Assembly: GCA_030704615.1 (NCBI GenBank)
Contig: CM060732.1
Location: forward strand, 69,874,001 to 69,938,000
Direction of reading: 5' to 3'
From: Takakia lepidozioides
Taxonomy: Eukaryota > Plantae > Bryophyta
Length of the DNA: 64,000 nucleotides
This document shows positions 1-11,143 of this stretch, piece after piece. Every line of letters starts with the position of its first letter. Positions within the stretch are counted from its first letter, which is position 1. The translations under genes and the position numbers were made by a program. The notes beneath the pieces were generated by a model that saw nothing but the letters and a program-made list of their open reading frames with translations, made no database searches and was not told the origin of the DNA.

Positions 1-1916
1 GTGTCTCTTGCTCTACCTAAACAGACTCAATTTTTGTCACCAAACCACAAGCTTCTCTACCTCACATGTGACCAGAGGCAATGAGCAGAAAGAGAAATTA
101 TGAAGTTTGTCGCAAAATCCAGCAAAATACTACCACAACACTTTGATAAACAATAATAACTAAATGAATTTACCTAGGACTCTTGTGTCTTGACGCTAAG
201 CTAGTCACATATTAGATTACGACACAAAGTACCCCACCAACTTAGAAAGGGTCGTTTATCACACACAGAGAAGGAAGAGGGATAAAAGAGAACCTGACTG
301 TTGAGACGCAGATTTAAGGCGTCCATGTTGGATATGACCCCCAACCCCGTGGTATCTTGTAGTATGGTCACAACCTAAACTATCCATGCCCCAAGTCCTT
401 TCTCACATTAGCAAACTCACCCACATGTTGCCCAGAACAGAAATCATTGTGGGAACAAACACCCCAAACCGTAGGACTTACCGTACATGGTTTTATTAAT
501 TAGCATAGTGCTGCCATCATGAACATGAACCCAAAGACCTCAATGCCATGTTACTCACAGGAAGAGCTTTGATAGAGCAGCCAGAACTTTTAACACAAGA
601 AAAATATAGACAATTCAGTTTTTATTAGCATATGATGCAGTGAGTAATGAACTATGTAAGTTGACAAGCAGAACTCACAATAGCTTTGAAGAAGGTAATC
701 TGTGCATGGGTATAGCAAGTTCCCAGTTTTGCTTGCTCGCTGGCCAGCTTATTGACAATGCCATAGTACACCATCCCATCATATTGATTTGCACTGTCTT
801 TCACCTCCATTTGCACAAAGTCTAGAGCCTTGTTCAATGTTGCTATAAAATCAAAGAAACCATCTTCACAGGACCCACACCCACAAAATTCAGCCAAGAT
901 AGTAGAAAATTGTTGATCGTCCTAATGATATATCCATGTGTGCTACTACTACTACTACTACTGCGAACAGACATTTGCCTAGTTGAATTCCTTACAGTCA
1001 AGTCACAGAAAGGTTTCGGGATTCATTTTACTGATTTAAGTTGTTGCAGGACAAGCTAACTAAATATCTGGAGCTCTCTCATCAAAGAAAGCAGGCATCA
1101 GGCTGCTGGGTTAATCAAAGACAAAGAGGAACATACAGCCAGAACGCCCTTTGACACACTAGAAACATAAATCAACTCCATAGACATAACATCATCTGTC
1201 CCAAAAACGGGGTCCTTATTCCTTTCACCTTATCTATCTCCCATGTATTGTCACAACAGTATGCATTGGCATCCACCATTTTTACCGAACAGCTGAGTAA
1301 AGTTGACGAATCCAAGTCATGTAGACTCATGAGCACTATTGAATAAAACCGAGCACTCCTCCCTGGATTGGTGAAGTACAATGAAGTCGTTGGCATATCT
1401 AACCAGTATCGAAGTTGGTTCTTGGGGTGTGCTTTCAGTGCACACTCCCCCAAAGCTGTCTCCATCCCATGGAGAGCAATGTTGGCTAGCAGTGGGGAGA
1501 TGACACCACAGGTGCCCATATTACTACTGGGGATTATTCCCCAATCCGGTCATGCTGTCGGCTTTCAGCCAGGTTTTGACCTGTCTGGCTAGACTGGGCA
1601 GAGTTTTAAGTTTGTCTAAGAGGGCTTCGTAGTTGATGCGATCGCAGCAAACTCAGAACAAAATCCACCAGCTCGTGACATACTGTGAAATCGATAATAT
1701 CATACATCAACTGTATTCAGATAAAACCAAACATGCATGCGGCATAAATCCTCCGTGGAATTCGAACAGAAGCAAAAGCGAAGGAAGGCGCTGGAGCATA
1801 CCACTCTCGGATTGAAAAAGAGCTCTGAACATATTCTTGGAGTCTTTTTCAGGCAATGGGCCGCGGGTCATTAGAGCCTGTATGAAAGTGTGGTGTCTCT
1901 CGTCCAGTCCCACCAT
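1..1916 (-). CDS. NSE1: NSE1 / NSMCE1, SMC5/6 complex subunit (5' part; gene runs off the left edge of the window)
   Basis: Spliced exons with GT-AG borders and consistent phases: 1916-1802 (MVGLDERHHTFIQALMTRGPLPEKD...), 863-679 (DGFFDFIATLNKALDFVQMEVKDSANQYDGMVYYGIVNKLASEQAKLGTCYTHAQITFFKAI), 374-294 (VVTILQDTTGLGVISNMDALNLRLNSQ). These match the plant NSE1 motifs HHTLIQAL-RGPL, QYDG-V-YG-VN, KLGT-Y-QI-FFK and DALNIRL. A further exon probably starts at 16. Confidence 0.88.
943..963 (+). repeat. (CTA)n microsatellite
   Basis: ctactactactactactactg. Confidence 0.8.
1355..1649 (-). mobile_element. Degenerate group II intron reverse transcriptase/maturase fragment (about RT3-RT5) inside NSE1 intron 1
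   Basis: With frameshifts it reads CCDRINYEAL / LDKLKTLPSLARQVKTWLKA / GT(PQG deleted)GVISPLLANIALHGME / ILVRYANDFIVLHQ. These correspond to the FDRI, WLKAG, PQGGVISPLLANI and YADD motifs. Confidence 0.8.
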
Positions 1917-3677
1917 TGCTACGCCCAGCACCCGGCTATGACATGGAACCTCTCGATTTTTCAAAATTTCCACTTTCTTCCCAAACCTCCTTGTAGGTTC
2001 TCTCTTCTTTATTTGCTCATGAGAATGCCGCTGAGAATACGCACCCCACCCTGTCACAAGCTGTATTAAAAAAAACTGGTGCTGGGAGATTGCAGTCTCA
2101 ACCGCCCCTACTGCAATTTATCTACAGAACCAGTTCTCAGACCACGTTGAGTCGTACCAGCAGCCTACCCCCCCATCATACTCGCACTGGATCTGCCTAC
2201 CCCACGTTCCCAGGTGCACACGCTCCACTCTACCTCTTTGCTCGATTTCCTGCAGGCTCAGACCATGTACAAGACTGACATCCTCCTTCTCTACCCAACA
2301 CCTTCTGACAATGCATCCCTACACACCGATTGCTGTACCCGATTGCTTCATACATGATAATGTTCCAATTGCCCACTCATTTATGCAGTACAGAGATTCC
2401 AGTTTACTCAATGTTGTGGTGCCTGCATGTTCCCCCCATAATGACTGGACTAAACAGACAGGGAACAACAGCTGGTTGACCACACCTCAAGGAACACGCC
2501 GCTGGACACCACACCTATACGACTCAGATGTGAAGGCACCCCCTCTACACAAGGAATTGCCTCCCACCCCCATGAAGTACCTGGCAGGTCTGGCAGTGCC
2601 CCAGTTGCTACACTCTGGCTTTTGACAGATCTCCGCAAAGCTCGAATCGCTTCACTATCCAGGTACCTTGTTTGCACTCATGCTTCTGGCCTGCTCTTCA
2701 AATGCTTTCCAAATCAAACTGTGCATATGCGCACAACATCAAGTCGGACCTATCGAATACAATCCTTTGTAGACACACAATCTCTTCTCACTCCTCCATA
2801 GCTAAAGCTCTTAAACCCTAGGCTGTCCCACATATAGTACAGAACTAAATATTTTTGTTATTTGCTATTTTCGTGAATCCATCCATTCACGACTCATTAA
2901 AATCAGATTTGTTTTCACTCACCTTCTCTAAGTTTACTCGTCCTTCTTCCGAGTGGGAGTTTCCCTCCTGTCAGCCTTCAAGCAATGAAGCAATACAAAA
3001 CACTCACCGCTCATCACTGTCACCATTCTTCTTTCTTACCTCGACAGCCATGATGTCTATTTGCATAAGCAACTGGAACCCATTTTCCTGCACGCATTCA
3101 GAAGCTGCCACTCCTTGCTTCCTTCCTGTGGGTACAAGCAAGCGGACGGCAGGCCAAGAATCACATCGCTAAACGTGTAAGGAATTCCAAAGGCCAGAAG
3201 CTATTCCGGATTAAGATTCCATACCTGGGACAAAGACTCCAAAGCCGGGGCTTCAAGTGAAGAACCTTCCTAAGCTCAACTGAGTATAAATATCACAATT
3301 ATGTACTTTTGAACCCGGAGGTTGCTACTCATTGCTACTCATATACCCACACTACCTAGCAAATGTATCATAGTGTTACATGTCTTTGGACCTCAGGTAG
3401 TGTCTTATTCCGAGTCCTTTTAGAGAGACACATCCTCTGCTTCGCCACCTACCTTCACGAGTTGACAGGTTACTCGGAAGTATGTGTTGCGTTGAAAGGT
3501 GACGGATGTCCACCTGCCCAACGTCCCTCGACATGAAGAGACACTAGAATTGTCATCCTATTCTTTTTATTTTGGGTTGCGTGTTGCTAACGTGAAGCAG
3601 GCACTTTTGAGAGATTTGGAGAGGTAAGTATAAGTGTGTACTCAGTTCTGCCATTCAGCTGCAGATGGGCAACTCTA

Positions 3678-3842
3678 CAGCTGAATTCAAGCGCAGAGTT
3701 TCTGATCCACAACTTAGAAGAACTCCATCAAATTGAGAGTTTACTGAATTCGTAGTGATACAGCTGAATTCAAGCGCAGAGTTTCTGATCCACAACTTAG
3801 AAGAACTCCATCAAATTGAGAGTTTACTGAATTCGTGGTGAT
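3678..3842 (+). repeat. 83-bp tandem duplication (2 copies)
   Basis: cagctgaattcaagcgcagag...gaattcgt(a/g)gtgat starts at 3678 and again at 3761; one mismatch. Confidence 0.9.
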
Positions 3843-5280
3843 CCTGATGTAAAACAGGATATCAATCCTTCAAAAAATTCAACCTCCGAAGATCTGTCCT
3901 ACTAATGTTGAATCCCTGAAGGATTCTATCTAAGTGTCATTATGAAACATTTGGGTTCGCTTACCCCATGTTCACTTACCCCATGTTTCCAAGAATATCT
4001 AAGAGGGCGTGTAAGACTGTCCCTACATCCACTGGTTCACAAGACAGTATGCATGGAGATCTGTTTAGCTCAAATTCACCAGTGTATAACTACTCCACAA
4101 TTCGCGACTACTCTATGAGCCAAAGTCTCTGCTATGTTGCAACGTCCCTCTACACTATCCACAAAGAACGAGTGTTTACCAAGCACACAATTATGGTTAT
4201 ATCCAGCAAGTGCATTACGATGACACAATTTTGGATTTCAGGAGTAAATTAAGAATCATGCCAACATTTAGACAACTGATGTGGCCTATTGTATTAGATT
4301 TTTCAACAAACATTTTTTATAGATGATGTGGATTGCTCCAACTCTTACTCCTGCTTTATTAACGTTGCAGACTCTTAAGCCATACAAAATAGCTAGCTCT
4401 GAGTCGCTCCCACATCCAACTTTGTAGGTTGAGAGATAGTGCTTGCGGCTTCTCCACCATGCATAGCTTTTAGCAGAAGGATTCCCTACAAAAGGATTCC
4501 TCATTCACGTTTCTCGACAATATTGCAGAAAGCGCTCATACTAATGAGGCATCGTAGTTTAGCTTGGAGCCCCACCATTCAAGGAAACCAGCTGATGACA
4601 ATGCACGATCCATCTCTGAAACGGAACAGCCACAGCCCTCATAGCCCAGAGAGCAGCAGACCTTGCCCGCTTCACAAGCAAAGCCAGCACTTTCGTAAAA
4701 CTCACCCTCAAGATAGTCATAAGTGCAGTTCCTTGTCAAAGCCCAGTTCTGTAATGTCACGAAGAAGCGAATCTTGAGCTGAATGGAGAAATAAGCACAA
4801 GAATTAAAACCTCGCATAGCTGTACGAGCGCTTAATGTCACCGGACAAACAGGCAGTCGAACGGTGAAGTAAGATGCACTCAATCAAGACTACGACGACA
4901 CCAGGACGATAGCATTTACACCCACAACCAAAGGCATACCCGACCTACAGCCACCATATAAACGCAAATTGGAAGTAGACATCAAACAAGACAGGAAAGA
5001 AATCTCACAACCGCATAAGAAACAAAACCATGAACAGATGTGGCGGTAAAACCTTAACTAGGCACACTGGAAATATATGCCAAGCATTATAAACCGCATG
5101 AAACATCAATTTGTGAGCGCCTTGTGTCAATGCCCAAATCAGCTATTGGACAACGAAAAGGTTGCACTCAGTTGCCGCTTTAGACTAGATGCAAAAGCTA
5201 TTCAAAAGGGGAGACATACCACATCGATTGAACCCACTTTTGGGTACAAACTAGGAATTACCAGCACACGCCACACCAAC

Positions 5281-5985
5281 CCTTTCCTGATTCCGTCTGT
5301 CATGCAATCTTTAAGGCAAGGAATTCTACGCAGTCCCACACGAGGGTAGGAGTACCGCCATGAGGGTGGGACAGCATAGAACGCCACGTCTTCTAGATCG
5401 TGGATCACACCATATCGTGATACCGGCCACCAGGCCGCAAGCCACCACAGAAACCCAAGACCAATCGATCAGGAATCAACCCGACTCACTTCTAGTTCTC
5501 ACATTCACGGGATCATAGGCGCCATACTATGTCATCTCACAGAGGCTGTACTCGCCCCCCATCCGCTCATGACACTTTCCTGATTCAGTCTGTCATGCGA
5601 TCTTGAAGGCAAGGCATTCTATGCAGTCCCACACAAGGAAGGAGCACCACCATGAGCATGGAACTGCATGGAACGCCACGCCTTCTAGATCGTGGATCAC
5701 ACTATATCGAGCCACAACAGAAGGCCAAGCCCCAGCGATCGGGAGGTGCCCTTCTTAAAAATTGACGCCCTTGAGAGGGACGACATAGAATGGTGCCTAG
5801 GATCCCGTGGTCCATCGGTCTTCAGTACTCCAATCACAGCCTACGGTGCACTTCCACATTCGAAGATCGCGTCTGTCGTGCGATCATAAAGGCGAGGCAT
5901 TCTACGCCGTCCCTCACGAAGGTGGTAGCACCACCACAAGTGAGAAACGACATAGGACGCCAGACCTCATAGATCGTGGACTAAA
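5281..5985. repeat. Degenerate repeat: ~135-bp core, ~295-bp period, 3 copies
   Basis: Core gtctgtc(a/g)tgc.atc...aaggc.agg.attcta.gc.gtccc.cac...tagatcgtgga recurs at ~5295, ~5588 and ~5871. Confidence 0.75.
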
Positions 5986-7089
5986 GCAGCTCCACAACTA
6001 GAATTCGCCATGACAGATTCTCACGCGTATACTCGGACCACAAAGACAATCATCCCACCAGCCGGCCTCCAGATCTAACAGGACACTGCAAGCATCGCCA
6101 GCGTGCAGATCCCTCAGAGAGCTCGGCTGTGCGGCCGCCAAGAGATGGTCGAGGAAGGACGAGGGAGGGGCTACTTAAAGGGAAGAAGTGAACCCTAAAG
6201 TGAGCTGTCCCAAGCTTCACCATTAGCCTAACAGAAAAACATAACAGAACTTGCCTTGTACCCATATTCATCACGGTAACGTTCCTTTAATACACACATC
6301 GTAGCTTTACAATGCAGATGAGCAAGCATCCACACCATCTTCAGGCACTTCAGAAAGCGCACTCTACAGACCTCAATGTGTTTCTTGAAGAAGATCAGGA
6401 ATGTGCTTTGAGGATTTATGTAGTGACAGTGGTCCAAAATGTGGAAGTGTTCAGGCAGATTGTTTAGTGTACATGTGCTTTATACTGCGGTGGAAACCAG
6501 CTGATGCTTCCTTCTCATTTGCTGAACTTGCCTTTGAAGACTGTTATGCTCAATGGCTTGCCCAGGGCCTCCAACAGTTCCATTTCCAGGGACAGAATGA
6601 GTAACTGACGGTTCCATTTGTAAGTCCTGTAACGTGGAGGTCATTGTGCGGATTAATGCATAATCAGAAGGCTTTCCTGGTTGTGTAATGCCTGTCTCAT
6701 CCCAAAGTGAGCAAGAATTGTAGAGGTAGCAGCACAATGACATATAGATTCACTTCTCTGCAAAGGGAAAGGCTAATGCCAACAGGGACAACAGATAACA
6801 AATGACAATTGACAGGTTTACATAGCCTTACTGTCATTGACCCCGAGGGAAACTAACCCAACCGGAGCCTTTTGTGGGGTTCACACATTTGCACCCACAA
6901 AAGTTGAGAGGGAGAGAGAAATGAAATGAAATGGTACTTTAGAGAGAGAGAGAGCCTGGAGCTTAGCAGAAGGGTTGAGCTACCTGTTGTATGACATGGA
7001 GCAGAAGAGTATGAAGCTTTGCAGATGAGCTAAGCTAGCTGTCAGACGCCATGCTTATGAATGGTACGCAGGGAACGGAAAGAGTACAT

Positions 7090-7460
7090 TTTCCCTCAAT
7101 GGAAACTGGGCACAGGGCCTATGGCCACAAGGCTACGGCAAACATCGTACGAGTACAATCTTTCTCTCTATGGCAACAGTGGGCCTGCACCTCTGCACCT
7201 GCCTCCACCAACTTTCAAAATCTCAAGGCTGAACCTAAAACCCTGGCCCTGTTGGGGTCTAACCATTAGGCAGATCACACACAGCAGACTGATGCTTGTG
7301 TGAAGGGATGTCTACAGGAAAGCTGGAAAGCCCGAGAGAATCGTTAATCAATGGTAAGTCGCACTACAAGAGTGCACCCCTCACAAAGGTAGTGTCTATT
7401 TCCTTTTGTTCCGCCCAATCTTGGTGTGGCATCTATAGCCACAAGGCCAATAGTATCTCA
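7090..7460 (+). mobile_element. LINE (non-LTR) 3'-end fragments, family A; two truncated pieces
   Basis: 7207-7450 aligns by eye with 18687-18930 (ccaacttt.aaa.tctc.aggctga.cc...cacacacagcaga.tgatgcttgtgtgaaggga). 7095-7160 matches the 3' tail atggccacaaggctacggcaaaca...gagtacaatct. Confidence 0.7.
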
Positions 7461-9551
7461 TGAATAATTCTCTCGCAGATATAGCAGGACTGTGCGTGTC
7501 TTCAGCATGATGTCTATACCAGTCCACACATCAAACACGCAATCCCCTGGAACTGGATTACAGTCAGTTAGGCGCAACCTCTTTTGGGTTGTGTCTACCT
7601 GATGAGCTGAAACCCCACAATTCAATCCAGGAAGATTAGTATCCCTGCAGGACTATGCCCTTGCCCTTCAAGCTTCACAAGGAAAATCCATACAGACAGT
7701 GTGACCAGCAGAAAAACTATTGACAAGGCACATTTGTCACATTGTTTTCCAGCAAGAGGGCAGACATCATACTTGCCATTATGAGGTCAATACCAGCATG
7801 TAGCAGTACATAACTGATCATCAGTGGCCGTAGTCGAGGGCTATGGCATGTTTCTCATCTAGACTTGTCGGCTGAAACACCACTACTAGCTCCTGGCGAA
7901 CTAGTATCCTGCTGCCAACTATGCCCTCAAGGGCATGTCATAGGCAGCACCATTTGGGAGGAAACAGGCAACGTACATCTGTGTCTATCTCTTCCCCCCT
8001 CTCAAAGGACTTCCGTAGACATGCTTTGCACATCGATCTGTGTAGTACAATTAAAGACCCATGACAAATTTTATTTATTCACAATAGCAAAAAACTCCCC
8101 CTACTGAATCAAGCCTTCAGTATTGGTCATTCTGTTCAAACCTTTTTTGCCTATGTCCAAACTGGGCACAAGTTTGTGGTCACAAAGTCAAGCCTGAAGA
8201 GTATATCGGCATCTGTATCATCAGTACATCATCAGTTTCATGGAGCCATTCTTCCCTACTAGCTTGAGCCTTTGTTGGAAAAAGTTCCAATCCAATGCAG
8301 CTCTACCTACCTCCCCAATCCACCTCTAAAATCCTAGTTCAATTATACACAGACTTCGTCTGCGACGCGATGCGCGAGCCCTAAAACACAAATTGGACTA
8401 CTTACAAAAATCGAAGTGACTCAGCTGCACCCTTTGGTCCTCTTGCTCCTCTTACTCGATGCCTACAGCACCATCCAGACATCGGACCTACAGTGGTCTT
8501 TGATCATGTCCACATGACACTCGGGAAACCCATTATTCCCATTCAATCATGTCAGGATGAGTGTAAATACCAAACCCCCCACTATCCATTATGAATCTTC
8601 TGGTTTCGAAGGCTTGCGATACGTCGACTCCAAGTGGCGCGCTACCACCACCCCAGTGCTGATGAGAGTGTTGAGGTTGGGCACAGCATAGTTCTGGGCA
8701 ACATACACCCCAAACACAGCACCAAGTGTGAAAGAGAAAGTACTCCGAATGAATCCCATCGAACCAGCAAACCCTTCTTTCCACAGGCTTATGTGACCTC
8801 TTGCTTCTTCAAACTGCCTGCAATGGAAACTTGAATCTGAATGAGCTCTTCAGTGCAGCATGCTATCAACCCGTGCACCACCTGCTTCTTCTACCGACTC
8901 TGGATCGACAACTAGGGATGGAACGCCCCGTACGTCGTCCGTCAAACCCAACACGCCAGTTCAAGGGGAAAGCTTGATGAGCGTAAACGATATGTAAGTA
9001 CTCCGCACAGGCAACCCACCTGAGATTCCGAAGCTTCCTTATGTGAGAACGTGGGTTAGAGGATAGAAGGAAAAAGACAGATTCAGCAAAGATCTCGGCA
9101 AGAGCAGATTTAAACTAGGATGAATTTCTATATCTCCACATTAATTAGGTCAACACTTCCTCAAACAAACCCTGAACTTCACAATTGCAAACTGTACGTA
9201 TCACTTTGCTTACTGTAATCAAGAATGCCGATCAAGCAAATCGTTGAAGTCGGGTAGCTTGCTGCACACGCCTTCTATATCTAGAGGTCTCAATCACCAC
9301 CGGCATAGCCGAGACCAGGGCTGGTTCACCGGACAAGGTCACGAAATCTTCTCATTCCATTTGGTTCGACGGAAATGAGAATCAGTCCACGACAGTATAG
9401 ATGTCCGTGAAACCGTAATACCTGTCACTCGTCCGCTCTCCCTGACATGCCGCTGGCTTCAGTAGAGAGAAAGAGGGACGCACACGAAGAAAGAGGGAGG
9501 AGAAGAATACGGAGAAGACGAAGAATTTGCTGCATCGAAAAATCCTCACTG

Positions 9552-10070
9552 AGAGAAATGAAATGGTGCTTTAGGAAAGCTCATAGAGCTTATGGGACAA
9601 AATGGAAGAAAACATGAGAGAGGAACAAATCCAGAAACCAAGAATAACAATTAATGTTCTAGCGATTGTCTAAGGGTGAAGGCCTCGTGCTGGTAGGCTG
9701 CCAAGCATTTTTGATCCTCATAGTGGAAGACATCAGTGAGAGTTTGGGTTCCACTGCATAAACAGTGGAATCTCCCACGGATCTCGTAGTATAGAGGGCA
9801 GTAGAAGAAGAAGTGTTCTTCAGTTTCAATTTCCTGGGTGCGCCCTATGCAAGCTGGACATAGGCGGTCCTCCCGTTGCAGGTTTTCCCATGTGCCAGTC
9901 TCTATCCGTAGGTTGTGGGAACCCACCCTGAACCGCCCCAATGCCCTCAGGAGGGAAGGAGATAAGGATGCTGAAAGGTAATTTGGTCTCAAGATTCTAT
10001 CATCGCGGAGCACCAAGAATGTCTCTCGATAGAAGTGGAGAAAGAAACAAAGAAACATTGTGAAGTCCAA
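9552..10070 (-). mobile_element. LINE (non-LTR) 3' end, family B: ORF2 C-terminal zinc knuckle plus 3' UTR
   Basis: ORF 9651-10070 has RFRVGSHNLRIETG...REDRLCPAC...IETEEHFFFYCPLYYEIR, a typical CCHC C-terminus of LINE ORF2. The 3' tail is ...ataagctctatgagctttcc...aaagcaccatttcatttc. Confidence 0.8.
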
Positions 10071-10344
10071 GACACTCCGAGAGCTTACTGGACCTAGAAC
10101 AGACAGTATGGATAGAAGCTTGGGGCGCCATCACCAGTATATAGAATTATTAATCAACTGGTAGTGGTTATCTAAGTTGGCAGGCCTGGTGTAGATACGC
10201 GCCAGTCATTTCTGATCTTCAAAAAGAGAGAGAGGGCTTTTCATGAGGAATTCTGACTTTTTCGAGCTCACAAGGCACAGAGAGTTGTGGCGAGAAACAC
10301 AGGTCAAGAAGTCGTAAGTGAGGGATGCATTGGAGAGAAAGAGG

Positions 10345-10522
10345 GAAGTGAAATGATGCTTTATAACGTCCGCGGAAAGCTAAGAGCTTATGGGACAAGA
10401 GAAAGCATGAAACAAGAGAGAGAGAGGGACCCTCCACAAGCAGCCCAAAAACAAGTATTGTTCAAGGGATTGTCTAAGAGTCAATGCCTCATGCATAAAT
10501 GCTGCTAAGCATTTCTGATCCA
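10345..10522 (-). mobile_element. Short truncated copy of the LINE family B 3' end
   Basis: ttgtctaagagtcaatgcctc...gctgctaagcatttctgatcc matches 9666-9717, and gaaatgatgcttt...ggaaagctaagagcttatgggacaa matches 9560-9600. Confidence 0.65.
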
Positions 10523-11143
10523 CGAGCAGCGAGAGAGAGAGAGAAAGCTCTTGTTGAGAAGGCTAGAAGTAGTGTAAAACACCTTCACAAGGTGCAGGGT
10601 CTATGTCATCGCAAACAGGCAGAAAGAGCCAGACCGCGATGGAGTAGATGAGGGAGGTAGGAGGAGAGGGAAAAGACCCACACCCATATCCACAGGAGGA
10701 CGGGCTGCAACGCGATTTGAGCATATTTGGGAGCTTTCACCATGTCGCATGAGTATGTTAATATTCCACCCGCGCTAATATAACCCATCCATTTCCCTTG
10801 CAGCTGTCACTCTTTGGAGGCCCACATCCGTTTGCAATTTGAGAGATCCACTCATTAAAGCTCTTGCTGTAGCATAAGTAGCAAGAAAGGGATGTTGGTG
10901 TTGGTTTTATGCTCTGTACACTTTTCGTCCCTCGGGAAACATGCCGAAAACCTTACGATTGCATAGCTACATTGCCTGTTAAACTACAACTTCCACAAAG
11001 GACATGACTTTCAAACACATTGTACAGCGTTGTTGCTTGAGCTGCCCACGGTTGGAAGTGCTTGCGGAAGGATACTGATAAGGGTTCCTTGTGCTAAAGA
11101 TAAAGCACATCAGTGCACTTGAGCTGGTGTTTTCTGGATTGGT

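Noticed and set aside
2060-2800. Possible PHD-finger or retroelement relic (CLPPP*STWQVWQCPSC)
   Set aside because: Too short and too interrupted to assign without a search.
4286-4883. Exon-like minus-strand ORFs
   Set aside because: No recognisable motif and no consistent gene model.
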